64,000 nt of DNA. Origin: an uncultured delta proteobacterium (GTDB lineage Bacteria; Myxococcota_A; Polyangia; Fen-1088). Of this stretch, positions 49,921 to 59,378 are shown piece by piece. Made by a program: the position numbers and the translations under genes. Location: contig CAWCMR010000001.1 in NCBI GenBank assembly GCA_963796685.1, positions 93,053 through 157,052 on the forward strand. Direction: 5' to 3'. The notes under the pieces are model-generated. The model was given only the letters and a program-made list of their open reading frames with translations, ran no database searches and was not told the origin of the DNA. How positions within the stretch are numbered: the first letter of the stretch is position 1; every line of letters begins with the position of its first letter.

Positions 49921-50036
49921 CGACTCGGGAGGAAGCACGGGCACGGATTTCTGAGAGGCACTATTCCTTCGCGCCGTGCTCCGTGCCGTTCGTGCTCGGG
50001 GCCATGACGGCACACATGTTGCTAAATAGGTCGACC

Positions 50037-51083
50037 ATGAAATCCTCACGGCGCACTCTGCCCGTTGTGGCTCTGACGGTCAGCGGTTTTGCCATCTTCA
50101 CCCTCGCGTGTGGGTCGAAGTCGGGGCTTGGAGGCAGCGGAGGCCAGCCGGGGACAGGCGGCGCTGCCGGCGCGGGACAAGGCGGCAGCCCAGCGCAGGG
50201 TGGTGTTTCCGGAACTGGTGGCGCGGCAACCGGCGGCACGCTCGGGACGGGCGGCAGTACGGCCAAGGGTGGCGCATCCGGCGCGGGCGGCATTGTGGGG
50301 GCCGGCGGTGGCCCGGGCACGGGCGGTGCCGCAGCGGACGCTGGCCTCGCGTGCACCGACGACGCCGGGGCCGCCTTGCCCGGCGCTGCCCGTCGCTGTG
50401 CCCAGGACTCGGACTGTACCGTGGCGGTCGCCCAGCGATGCTGCGGGCCCGATCAAGCCATCGGCGAGGCAACATCACAGTCCGGCACCTACGCGGCCTG
50501 CCTCGCGCTGCCGCCCGGTGCGTGCCAGGGCCTCGGTTGCGCCAAGTTTCTCGGCTACTCGACGGACACCGGCAAGACGACCCCGGTGGAAGGCTCGTCG
50601 GCTAACCCGCTCGATTGGGTGACCGTGCACTGCCTGAATCAGATTTGCACCACCGACGTGCTCGCCACCCAGGATGGCGGCCGAGATGCTCAGACAGCCG
50701 ACGCGCCGGTCGATTCCGGTGTCACGCCCCCCGGCGATGGCGGCAGCTCGGTCTGCGGCAGCGGCGTTTGCACCGCGACCCAACTTTGCATTCGTCCCTC
50801 CTGCGCCGGTGGAACTGCCCCGCCTTGCGTAGCCGTCGGCGATGCCGGCTCGTGCCCCACGGGCTACACTTTCTCGTCATTGTGCCAATACGCGACCGGC
50901 GGAGGTACGGGGCCAGGGTGCGTGCCACCAGCCTGTGTGAACCCTCCACCGTTCTGCCTCGACACCCCCACAGCTTGCAGCACCAAGTTGACCTGCGGAT
51001 GTCTGCCTTCCAATGTCTGCGGAACCGGCGGTGGTAGTTGCATGATGATCAGCTCGTCCGTCGTGCAATGTGGCGCGGCGTGA
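50037..51083 (+). CDS. Gly-rich/Cys-rich lipoprotein
   Basis: Lipobox TLAC; GTGG repeats; two Cys-rich domains. Confidence 0.75.
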   Translation: MKSSRRTLPVVALTVSGFAIFTLACGSKSGLGGSGGQPGTGGAAGAGQGGSPAQGGVSGTGGAATGGTLGTGGSTAKGGASGAGGIVGAGGGPGTGGAAADAGLACTDDAGAALPGAARRCAQDSDCTVAVAQRCCGPDQAIGEATSQSGTYAACLALPPGACQGLGCAKFLGYSTDTGKTTPVEGSSANPLDWVTVHCLNQICTTDVLATQDGGRDAQTADAPVDSGVTPPGDGGSSVCGSGVCTATQLCIRPSCAGGTAPPCVAVGDAGSCPTGYTFSSLCQYATGGGTGPGCVPPACVNPPPFCLDTPTACSTKLTCGCLPSNVCGTGGGSCMMISSSVVQCGAA

Positions 51084-51120
51084 ACGGCCGCGGATCCGCG
51101 CCCCGTCAACCTTCGCCACC

Positions 51121-51142
51121 TGCTAGAATTCAGACCAGGAGG
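51121..51142 (+). promoter_or_regulatory. Extended -10 element and RBS of the radical SAM gene
   Basis: TGCTAGAAT followed by AGGAGG. Confidence 0.35.
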
Positions 51143-51147
51143 GTCCG

Positions 51148-52506
51148 ATGCCCGAGACGATCAAGCGGCTGCGCGGGATCATCCTGACACTCACCGAGCG
51201 CTGCAATCTACGTTGCGACTATTGCTACGTGCCGGTCGAGCAAGGGCGGACCATGACCCCGGAAGTGGCGGCTCGCGCAGTCGATTGGTTCGCGGCCAAC
51301 GCGGCCGAAGACGGCGCGCTGGGGCTTTCCTTCTTCGGCGGCGAGCCGTTCTTGGCCGCCGAGCAAATGCGTCGAGTGACCGGACACCTGCGGGACCGCG
51401 TGCCTGCCCACCGGCGCGTGCGCGTGGTGACGCCGACCAATGCCCTCGCCATGTCTGAAGCAGACGTCGCCTGGTGCCGACAGCAGGACGTCGAGCTGGC
51501 CATCGGCATCGACGGCGGCGCTGATTCGTGTGGACGCAAGCGCGCGGACGGCAGCGAGTGCACGAATGCCCTTGCGCGGGCCGTGCCCGAGATCCTGCGC
51601 AAGCTGCCGCCGGGATCCGCCCTGGCACGCATGACCGTGACACCGGTCAACGTGGGGTCGCTGTGCGCGAACATCCGCGCGCTTGGACGCATGGGCTTCG
51701 AGCGGATCGTCTACCTGCCGGACTACGATGCTCGCTGGGACGAAGCCGCGCTTGCGTCGTGGCGGCGCGAGCACCAGCGGCTCGCCACCTGGATGATCGG
51801 CGCTCGCTCGGTCGGCAAATCCGTGCCCGAGCTGCCGGCCTGGAAGGCGATCGAAGCGCGCCTCGTGCGCAGGGTGCCCCGTCGTCGCTGCGGCGCCGGC
51901 ATCGACCAGGTCACGGTCGCCCCCGACGGAGAAGTGTTCCCGTGCTATCGCTTCACCTACGCGCAGGATGCCCAGGTCTGGCGACTCGGCGACGTGCGCG
52001 ACGGCATCTTGGATTCGGAAAAGGTCGCGCGGCTCGAACAGGCCGACGTCGCTCGGCTGCGTCCCGAGCGCCGTGCGTGCGCATCCTGCACGGCTGCCGA
52101 TGGCTGTACCCATCACTGCCCGGCCGTGGGATTCCTCGTCACCGGAGATGTGGACCGGGTACCCGACATCGTCTGCCGTCTGATGGAGGCGCAGGTCGCG
52201 GCCGTGCGCGAGCTGTGCGCGGCCTTCCAGGGTACGGCCCGGTCCAAGCCGGTGGCCCGACCGTGGGCAAGGGCGGCGGCCGTGGCTGCCGCGGTCGCGG
52301 GCATGGCAGCGTGCGAAAGCAACAGTCCGGCCAAGCCACGGCCCGACGCCAGTGATGCCAAGCAGGTCCAGGACCTTGGTGTGGGGAAACCGGACGCCGC
52401 GCCTCCCGTCGATGCCACGGGCGTCGACAGCGAGGCCATCGATGGCGGCCAAGTGATCGATTGGGATGCCTACACCTATGTCGGCGGGGTGTGCATGCTC
52501 CCCTGA
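51148..52506 (+). CDS. Radical SAM/SPASM protein with fused lipobox-containing C-terminal tail
   Basis: CNLRCDYC, FFGGEP, CGAG...GEVFPC and CASC...GCTHHC...C (SPASM); tail AAAVAGMAAC...YVGGVCMLP. Confidence 0.9.
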   Translation: MPETIKRLRGIILTLTERCNLRCDYCYVPVEQGRTMTPEVAARAVDWFAANAAEDGALGLSFFGGEPFLAAEQMRRVTGHLRDRVPAHRRVRVVTPTNALAMSEADVAWCRQQDVELAIGIDGGADSCGRKRADGSECTNALARAVPEILRKLPPGSALARMTVTPVNVGSLCANIRALGRMGFERIVYLPDYDARWDEAALASWRREHQRLATWMIGARSVGKSVPELPAWKAIEARLVRRVPRRRCGAGIDQVTVAPDGEVFPCYRFTYAQDAQVWRLGDVRDGILDSEKVARLEQADVARLRPERRACASCTAADGCTHHCPAVGFLVTGDVDRVPDIVCRLMEAQVAAVRELCAAFQGTARSKPVARPWARAAAVAAAVAGMAACESNSPAKPRPDASDAKQVQDLGVGKPDAAPPVDATGVDSEAIDGGQVIDWDAYTYVGGVCMLP

Positions 52507-52542
52507 TTGCGCCCTGGCCCCCACTCTGTCTGGAGGTTCACG

Positions 52543-53151
52543 ATGTCCGAGAGCACCAAGAACACGACCCGAGAAATTGTCCTAACCGTCACGCCCACCA
52601 ATGTCGCCACGTTGTGCGCGGATATCCGAGCGCTGGCGCGGGAGGGTGCTCCGTGCATCGACTACGTGGCTGATCCCGACGCGGCTTGGGACGAGACGGC
52701 CGTCGAGCTGTGGCAGCGAGAGCACGAGCGGCTCGCCACTTGGATGGTCGGCGCGCGCTCGGCCGGGCAAAGATTGCCCGAGCTGCCGGCGTGGCAGGCC
52801 ATCGAAGCTCAGCGGCAAGGGGCGAGCCCAATCAGCCGACCGGCGCGGGTGCTGCCCACCGCCAACCCATTGGTCAAGGCGGCCATGCTCGCCGCCGCGG
52901 TCGCGGGCATGGCCGCGTGTCAGTCCAATGGACCCATGAACGTGAAGACGGATGCCGGCCAGGACACCAACCAGACGCGCGACGTGGGGATAGGAGGCGG
53001 CATCTGCGCTATCCAAATCGACCGCGATGCCTTGGCGCCCACTGATTTGCTGCCGGCCACGGACAACGCCTCCGGCGGTGGCTCGGCGATCGACGGCGAC
53101 CAGGCCGACACCGCGGACGCCTATGTGGAGCCTATCGGCGGCATCTGCTAA
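52543..53151 (+). CDS. Truncated paralog of the radical SAM protein, candidate precursor/substrate with two GGIC motifs
   Basis: GGAGG RBS; residues ~14-89 align to rSAM residues ~162-237; same AAAVAGMAAC segment; no CxxxCxxC and no SPASM. Confidence 0.75.
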   Translation: MSESTKNTTREIVLTVTPTNVATLCADIRALAREGAPCIDYVADPDAAWDETAVELWQREHERLATWMVGARSAGQRLPELPAWQAIEAQRQGASPISRPARVLPTANPLVKAAMLAAAVAGMAACQSNGPMNVKTDAGQDTNQTRDVGIGGGICAIQIDRDALAPTDLLPATDNASGGGSAIDGDQADTADAYVEPIGGIC

Positions 53152-53153
53152 GC

Positions 53154-53909
53154 CTACCGTCGGCGCGCGACCCAGACCTGACGAACCGACTTGCTCCATT
53201 CGAGCGGCTCGTTGCGTAGGCCACCGTAGGCTTGGTCGATGTCGAATCCACAGTTGCGCAGGAGCGCGGCCAGCTCGTGAGGCGGGTACATGCGCACCGA
53301 GGTCTCTGGCAGATCGACGCGCGTGCCGTCCGCACGAAACAGGGTGCGCCGAGAGATGGCGCGACCGGAGAGGGCGTCATACTCGGTGGCTTCGAGCTTC
53401 GTTCCGTGGCGGTCTTCGCGCCAGGTGCGCTGCGGCCAGCCGCGCATGAGCGCCAGGGGATTCGACACGTCGAGCATGAAGGCACCGCCCGGCCGCAAGA
53501 CCTCGCGCACCTGCTCCAGCACCACGCGGTTTTCGTCGTCGGAGAAGAAGCCGAACGCGGTGTAGAGACAGATGCAGGCGTCGAACGGTCCGAGGCCGCG
53601 CAGGTCGCGCATATCCCGTCGCTGCCAGTCGATTGCCGCTTGCGCAGCCTGCTCCGAAGCGGCCAGCTCGTGTGCCAGCTTGAGCATCGGCTCGGACAAA
53701 TCCAACCCGGTCAGGCGGTACCCGTGTCGGGCGAGAGCAATGGCGTGGCGACCGAAGCCGCAGCCCAGGTCGAGCACGCGGGCCTCGGACGCCAGCGCGA
53801 GGGCGCGATCCACGAACCTCGCGTCCTCCTCGGCCAGGGCCGGATCGAGCAGGCCCCGGTAGAACTCCAGGTACCGCCCGTCGAACAGCTCGGCAAACCA
53901 TTCGGCCAT
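53154..53909 (-). CDS. Class I SAM-dependent methyltransferase
   Basis: VLDLGCGFGRH, GLDLSEPML, DMR and LRPGG motifs. Confidence 0.9.
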   Translation of the reverse strand: MAEWFAELFDGRYLEFYRGLLDPALAEEDARFVDRALALASEARVLDLGCGFGRHAIALARHGYRLTGLDLSEPMLKLAHELAASEQAAQAAIDWQRRDMRDLRGLGPFDACICLYTAFGFFSDDENRVVLEQVREVLRPGGAFMLDVSNPLALMRGWPQRTWREDRHGTKLEATEYDALSGRAISRRTLFRADGTRVDLPETSVRMYPPHELAALLRNCGFDIDQAYGGLRNEPLEWSKSVRQVWVARRR

Positions 53910-53910
53910 G

Positions 53911-54543
53911 TCAGGGACGCCCGCAGTAAATCGTTTGACCGGTACGGATGCAGCCTGCGCCGCTGCCGGGACCGCCGCACAAGCAGGTGCAGGGATCTCC
54001 CGACGAGCACGAGGCCGGCAAGGACTGGCAGGATGTCCAGGAGTTGATCTCCAGGCAGCCGCCGTCGAGGCTGGGCGCCATGCCACAGCCTTCCTGCGTG
54101 CCGGGCGGACAGACGCCCCCGTCGAGATGTGAAAGGCAGCGTGGAGCCGGACCACCGCTGGCGGTGAAGCAAAACTGATCGCTTGGGCAGCTTGCGTCTC
54201 CGCACCGGAAGCTCGCATCCGCTGGTGCGCTATCGATGATCGCGTTGGCAACATCCGAGGCGGCATCTTGCGAGCCCAGGTCGCACGGTGCGCAGATGCC
54301 AGCATTGGGGGGCAGGCACATGCCACAGCAGGGCGTGGTGTTGGGAGGACAACCGGCGTCCGGGGCGGCATCGGCAGCCGCGTCGGTCACGTCGACCCCG
54401 CTCGCCATGTCCGCGACCTCGTCGGCCACGGAGTCGGTGCTCCCCTTTCGATCGACCGCACCGTCCTTTGCGGTGGAGCGCAGGGCGGCGCCCCCGCAGC
54501 CGGAGAGGACAGCGACGACGAATAGCATTCGGGCGAACGTCAT
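53911..54543 (-). CDS. Cys-rich lipoprotein
   Basis: Lipobox LSGC; Asp/Ala linkers; Cys-rich C-terminal domain. Confidence 0.7.
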   Translation of the reverse strand: MTFARMLFVVAVLSGCGGAALRSTAKDGAVDRKGSTDSVADEVADMASGVDVTDAAADAAPDAGCPPNTTPCCGMCLPPNAGICAPCDLGSQDAASDVANAIIDSAPADASFRCGDASCPSDQFCFTASGGPAPRCLSHLDGGVCPPGTQEGCGMAPSLDGGCLEINSWTSCQSLPASCSSGDPCTCLCGGPGSGAGCIRTGQTIYCGRP

Positions 54544-54583
54544 GGTCGAGAGGATTCTGCAAGCATGAGGCCAACGTCGCAAC

Positions 54584-55420
54584 TCAGCCGGGCTCGGCGC
54601 ACAGAAGGCCCGAGGTGGCGGAGTAGCTCCCGCACTGAGCGGATGGGGAGACCGTCTTGCACAGCGTTCCGGCGCAAGAACACGATGGCGTTGCAGAGCC
54701 ACAGGGATTCGGTACGCAGCCGCATTGCTGCAGGCCTAGGGCGGGACTGACGAGCTTGAGTAGCAGCTCGCTGGCGCTGCATTGTGGAAGGGGCGTGCAA
54801 GTCGTGAGGGTCGAGCCATCGATGCCACCGTCGGTGCCGCTTGCCCCGCCAGTGGCCAGCCCCCCCGAGCCGCCGGTCGACGATCCGCCGGAGCCCCCCG
54901 TCGCCATACCGCCGGTGCCACCCGTCCCGTTTCCGCCCGAACCTCCTGCCGCGGCGTCGCTGCTGCCGCCCGCGCCGCCGGTCGACGTGCCACCGCTGCC
55001 GCCCGATTCCGTGCCTCCACCGCCGCTCGCACCTCCGGTCTTCACGCCGCCTGCGCCGCCCAACGCTGCGTCGCTGCTTTCTTGTCCGGCCCCGCCCCCG
55101 GTGGCCCGGCCGCCTGCACCCGCTCCCGCCAATCCGCCGGCTCCGGCGCCTCCGGTGACGGTCACCAAGCCACCCGTGCCTCCGACCGTGCCCGCGCCGC
55201 CTGTCCCTGTCAGCACACCGCCGGACCCGCCCTTGCCCGCAGAGCTGCCCCCTAGACCACTGGCACTGCCTCCCGAACCGACGCCACCGGAGCCTGTCTT
55301 GGTGCCGGTCCCGCTGCTCGAGCATGAATTCTGAGATGAAACGGCGAGCAGGAGGATGAGAAGGGAGGCCACAGGTATCTTTGGGCCCAGACCGAACGAG
55401 GGAAGACTTCGCCTTTCCAT
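54584..55420 (-). CDS. Gly-rich protein with C-terminal Cys-rich domain (probable lipoprotein)
   Basis: Hydrophobic signal then Cys; long GG-x repeats; CGCVPNPC..SCSC. Confidence 0.65.
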   Translation of the reverse strand: MERRSLPSFGLGPKIPVASLLILLLAVSSQNSCSSSGTGTKTGSGGVGSGGSASGLGGSSAGKGGSGGVLTGTGGAGTVGGTGGLVTVTGGAGAGGLAGAGAGGRATGGGAGQESSDAALGGAGGVKTGGASGGGGTESGGSGGTSTGGAGGSSDAAAGGSGGNGTGGTGGMATGGSGGSSTGGSGGLATGGASGTDGGIDGSTLTTCTPLPQCSASELLLKLVSPALGLQQCGCVPNPCGSATPSCSCAGTLCKTVSPSAQCGSYSATSGLLCAEPG

Positions 55421-55499
55421 GCTTGCTGCTCCTCTTGTCGAATTCTACAAGATCGTCTCTTCGGCGTCGACGACAGTCATCCGTCGAGCGATGACGGCC

Positions 55500-55883
55500 T
55501 CAGGCGGCACGGGCGTCGCGCGAGGCACGCTTTCTGCTCCGCCGGATTTCGCCGAGGGTGTAAGGCAGCAAGCCGGCCACAACGATGGCCAGCGCTAGCT
55601 CGAACGGGCGATTCGCCTCGCGGTAGCCCGCGACCGCGAGCTGCAGGTGTTCCTCGGGACGGGCAAGGGTTACGGCGTCGACAACGCGGGAGCGGAACAC
55701 GCCCGTTACGAAGATGCCAAGGCCCAGGGTCAGCACGAGACAGAGGCAGAGCTGCAGGAAGGAATTCCGGCTGGCGAGGAAAAGGTGAAGCAGCCCAGAG
55801 ACCGCAACCAGTGGCGCCAAACCAAAGAGAAGCAGGTACATGACGATCCCACCGGACTCGAGCCATGCCGCAAGCTGCAACAT
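55500..55883 (-). CDS. Small membrane protein (MotA/TolQ/ExbB-like N-terminus)
   Basis: WLESGGIVMYLLL; three hydrophobic segments; start overlaps the upstream stop. Confidence 0.5.
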   Translation of the reverse strand: MLQLAAWLESGGIVMYLLLFGLAPLVAVSGLLHLFLASRNSFLQLCLCLVLTLGLGIFVTGVFRSRVVDAVTLARPEEHLQLAVAGYREANRPFELALAIVVAGLLPYTLGEIRRSRKRASRDARAA

Positions 55884-56674
55884 CACCGGGATGTCTCCTT
55901 GACCGCTTCGAATACAAACGGATAGACCACATCGACGGGGCCGCCCGAAGGTGTGGGAAAGCGCCACCGCCTGACGAGCCCCTTGATACACGAAGATACT
56001 TCAGAGTCGCCCACGCTGTCCTCCTCGATTTCGACGGCGGACACCGTGCCCGCCGTGGTGATGGTCCAGCGGACTTTCACTTTGCCGAAGAGTTTCGAAT
56101 TTCGTTTGAGAGCGCGCTCGTAGCAGGCCTTGATGGCGCCGATGCGGGTGCGAACCTCTTTCGCAACCAGCGACGGATCGAGCGGGCCGTCGACAAAGGG
56201 AGCGTCGCTCTTCACTACGCCGGTTACGCGCTTTGCTGGCGGTTCCTCGCGAGTCGCACTGGCTGAAGCGTATTCGGCCTCCTGCTCGGCCGAACGTCGT
56301 TTGGCCTCTTCCGCCTGTTGCCGCCACCGTTCGAATTCCCGATCCACTGCATCCGACTCAGCACACGCCACGAGACCGGCGTTGCGAGCAAGCCCGCGCA
56401 GGACATCCCCACCGCCCGGCTCAGTTCCTTGTGGCAGCTTTGCGAGTCGGTTAAAGCGCCACATCGAATGCTCCAGCCAGGCAATCTTGCAGTCGTTGCT
56501 AACGATCGAGCTGTCTAGCGACGGGCAGCCAGAGAGCGCCCCTACGTTGCAGACCTTCTCCGCATCGGTGACAAGCGGACGCTTGCTCCACACGAAGGCC
56601 CCCGCGACTGCGAGCACGAGAAGAACAACGAGTCGGATGGACCAGGGCATGGGCGGCCGATGGGCGGAGCTCAT
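55883..56674 (-). CDS. Membrane-anchored AgmX/PglI C-terminal domain protein
   Basis: IGAIKACYERALKRN...GKVKVRWTI...SCIKGLVRRWRFP...VVYPFVF. Confidence 0.8.
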   Translation of the reverse strand: MSSAHRPPMPWSIRLVVLLVLAVAGAFVWSKRPLVTDAEKVCNVGALSGCPSLDSSIVSNDCKIAWLEHSMWRFNRLAKLPQGTEPGGGDVLRGLARNAGLVACAESDAVDREFERWRQQAEEAKRRSAEQEAEYASASATREEPPAKRVTGVVKSDAPFVDGPLDPSLVAKEVRTRIGAIKACYERALKRNSKLFGKVKVRWTITTAGTVSAVEIEEDSVGDSEVSSCIKGLVRRWRFPTPSGGPVDVVYPFVFEAVKETSR

Positions 56675-57237
56675 TGGGGCGCAGGCGCAGGCGATACGGC
56701 CGGAGCATGGCCGTCGACGTAGAAGTAGACGCCGGCCTGTACTGTGTTGCCCGCGGGAGTCTTGCGTCTCATCCAGGCGTGGTAGAGGTTTTCATTGCAA
56801 CCGTCCTCGTAGGCCAGGGCGAGCCCGTCCTTTGTGTTCTCCCAGCCGGGGTAGGGCTTGTTCCCGCCGCAGTAGCCCCGAGCGTCTCGTTGGCGGCCTC
56901 GGGGATCGAAATAGTGCTGCAGGTAGCAACTGTGGGTAAAGTCGCCCTTCGCCTGCTCCTTCGCCTCGCAATACACCTCGATGTCTCGGACTTCGGTCGC
57001 CCCAACAAGAGGCGAAGCCGGCAGCTTCACTTCCGGCCCGGCTTCAGGATGCGGGAGACCGTCAGGCTCTAGAGGACACTTTGGCAATGCCAGCACCCGA
57101 TCGCAGATCGGTCCGGCCGCCTGAGCTAGGTCCTCGACCGCCGGCCATCGAGGTGCAACGACCGACGGCATGTTCTTCTTGCATGCAGGGAACAGGGCCA
57201 GCCAGACCAGCGAAATTGTGATTGCGAGCTTGTTCAT
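56671..57237 (-). CDS. Hypothetical lipoprotein
   Basis: MNKLAITISLVWLALFPAC lipobox; abuts the upstream gene. Confidence 0.65.
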   Translation of the reverse strand: MNKLAITISLVWLALFPACKKNMPSVVAPRWPAVEDLAQAAGPICDRVLALPKCPLEPDGLPHPEAGPEVKLPASPLVGATEVRDIEVYCEAKEQAKGDFTHSCYLQHYFDPRGRQRDARGYCGGNKPYPGWENTKDGLALAYEDGCNENLYHAWMRRKTPAGNTVQAGVYFYVDGHAPAVSPAPAPQ

Positions 57238-59367
57238 TTAGGCCTCGGTGAGAGTAAGAACGTGTCTGCCGTTCATGGTCACGTCGACCCGTCGGCGATG
57301 AGGATTCCTGTACGGCTCGTAGCCTTTGCTCTTGGCTTCCTCGGCCTCCTTTTTTCCCATGGGATTCTCCACGAGCAGCCTGTCAGGAATCCTCAGGCGG
57401 TCGGCGAGGATGTCCTTAAGTGCCTGCTTCACGTTGGTCGCGCGGTAGACGGCGAGCTGCATGTTGCGGGGATCGTCGGTTTTCGCCTCGTCACCAGAAG
57501 CCACAAGGCTATTCGGCGCCGCTAGAGCGCATGAGCTCTTGCGAAAACGTACCAGATCGCAGTGAGCGGTCAGAACGACCTGTGTGTCATCCCGCAGGAA
57601 CCACGGCAACTCGGCCGCGCACAGACGGCGTAGCGCTTGGCGCCCGTCCTGCGTCAGGGTCGCCGAGCCCAGATCGAAATGGGCGCGGGCTGTGCCTTGA
57701 GCGGCGATCTGCATTTCGCGAAGACCGAGCGCACGAGTGTCGTCGACGCTTACTAGGTCGTCTGGCATTCGGATCCAGCCAAAGGAGCAGAAGAAGCTGG
57801 CCCCGACGGCGGTTCCAACCTTCTTGGCAGCTTGAAATGACACGATCTGAGGCTCGTGGTTGCCGGCCCCATTGAGCATCAGTGCAACGTCCCGTACTCC
57901 CGCGCGCAGGACCTGTTGGGCACCACCGGGCAATCGTTCGATGGCCTTGTCCACCTGATCGTCGATCTTGCTCCAGTCGCGCTTGCTCTTGCCCTTGGTC
58001 ACGACCTTGGCCACATCGGAAGGGCGCGGTGCAAACCAAGCTCCGCCGTCCAGGATCTTGAAGGTGCCAACAAAATCGCGTGGGAACCAGAGTTCGTTGG
58101 TTACGAACGTGCCCTTGCCAGAGAGATCTGACTGATCGCCCAACCCCAGCGCGAAGCCGAACCCGCCAGCAAAGATGCTGTATTTCCGGTTCCAGTTGTC
58201 CTTCGGGGAACGTTTGCTCTTCATCGATACGGTCAGCTCCCCTAGCGAGCCTCCCAACTTCATCCCCGTTGGCAGCTTGTCGAGCAACTTCTGCGCGGCC
58301 TTCGTGACGCCTTTCGCAACCTTCGCCACGATGGGATCATCGTCCTTCTCGGGCGGGTGCATGCTCAGCTCAAGCTCGTAGGTGTAGTCACCCTCCATGA
58401 TCTTTTCGTCTTCGCCCTCACGCGGCTGCGCACCGACGCCGTTCCTAATGCCAAGATCGCTCGCCAAGTTCGGCAAGTCGTACCGAAACACGTGATCAGG
58501 GTTGGTTCGCACGCTCGCCGCAAGATTCTCGATCCACTGCAACTGCGAGCGCGTGTTGCCGTTGATGACAGATCTGTTGAGGCCGAGAATGGTACGCGCC
58601 AAAGCTCGAATCAACGGTAGGTCTTCTCGATGCCAGTGGCCCGGCGACTCGGTCGTTACGGCGCCGTGGATCAGGTCCTCGAACCGCTCGGCAGTCGTCC
58701 GGGGCCGGCTGCCTTGCTCCAAGGTCGAGCTGTACCAGTGATTCGTGTCGTAGCACCACACGAGGAGCTTGCCGACAAAATCCGGATCCAGCAGCCGCTG
58801 CAATTTCCTCACTTGCCAACTATGCAGCGGCATCGTCTCGGCGCGGGTCATGACGACCTTGGTTTCGGCATCGATCGTCCCTTTGCCTTTGAGCACGTCA
58901 TCGAGCGCCAGCCCGAAGAAGGATGCGCGCTTGCCGTCCGGCATGAGAACGAAGCGCTGGCCTTCAGGTACGCCGAGCATCCGGAAGTCCACGATCAGAT
59001 CGGCCCCGTCGGTATGGATAGTACCGTAGTTTGTATCAACGACGGGCGCGAGCGTGATCTGGAAGCTCTTGCCGGACGCCCCAGCTTCACCACAGATGGG
59101 GTAAGCTTTCCGTGACGCCTTGGTGCGCGCATCCAGGACTTCGACGAGCCGCCCCTCGATCCAGGTCGAGGACTGGTTGACGATGAGAATCCACGAGACC
59201 TTTGGGGGATCGTGCGGATCGTCGATCACGGATTCCCAGCGCCCCGTGATGTTCGGCTTCTGTGGCTCGGGATGGGGCGAATCCATGCGAAATCCGTTGG
59301 CAAGGCGAAGTCTTACTGGCCCCTTCTCGCCGGGGGCAATCTTGTGAAGGGGAGCGTCGCTGTCCAT
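57238..59367 (-). CDS. Large hypothetical protein with C-terminal OmpA-like domain
   Basis: HFDLGSATL, AHCD, NMQLAVYRATNV and RRVDV; strong RBS before ATG 59367. Confidence 0.7.
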   Translation of the reverse strand: MDSDAPLHKIAPGEKGPVRLRLANGFRMDSPHPEPQKPNITGRWESVIDDPHDPPKVSWILIVNQSSTWIEGRLVEVLDARTKASRKAYPICGEAGASGKSFQITLAPVVDTNYGTIHTDGADLIVDFRMLGVPEGQRFVLMPDGKRASFFGLALDDVLKGKGTIDAETKVVMTRAETMPLHSWQVRKLQRLLDPDFVGKLLVWCYDTNHWYSSTLEQGSRPRTTAERFEDLIHGAVTTESPGHWHREDLPLIRALARTILGLNRSVINGNTRSQLQWIENLAASVRTNPDHVFRYDLPNLASDLGIRNGVGAQPREGEDEKIMEGDYTYELELSMHPPEKDDDPIVAKVAKGVTKAAQKLLDKLPTGMKLGGSLGELTVSMKSKRSPKDNWNRKYSIFAGGFGFALGLGDQSDLSGKGTFVTNELWFPRDFVGTFKILDGGAWFAPRPSDVAKVVTKGKSKRDWSKIDDQVDKAIERLPGGAQQVLRAGVRDVALMLNGAGNHEPQIVSFQAAKKVGTAVGASFFCSFGWIRMPDDLVSVDDTRALGLREMQIAAQGTARAHFDLGSATLTQDGRQALRRLCAAELPWFLRDDTQVVLTAHCDLVRFRKSSCALAAPNSLVASGDEAKTDDPRNMQLAVYRATNVKQALKDILADRLRIPDRLLVENPMGKKEAEEAKSKGYEPYRNPHRRRVDVTMNGRHVLTLTEA

Positions 59368-59378
59368 GGATCCCCTCC

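Noticed and set aside
52504-52542. Selenocysteine or readthrough fusion of the rSAM and the downstream gene (TGA followed by an open in-frame stretch)
   Set aside because: The frame match has a 1-in-3 chance, the second gene has its own GGAGG RBS and ATG, and I see no convincing SECIS hairpin.
54820-55320. Possible tandem repeat or CRISPR-like array
   Set aside because: The periodicity comes from Gly-rich codons in a coding linker. No constant repeat with unique spacers was seen anywhere in the window.
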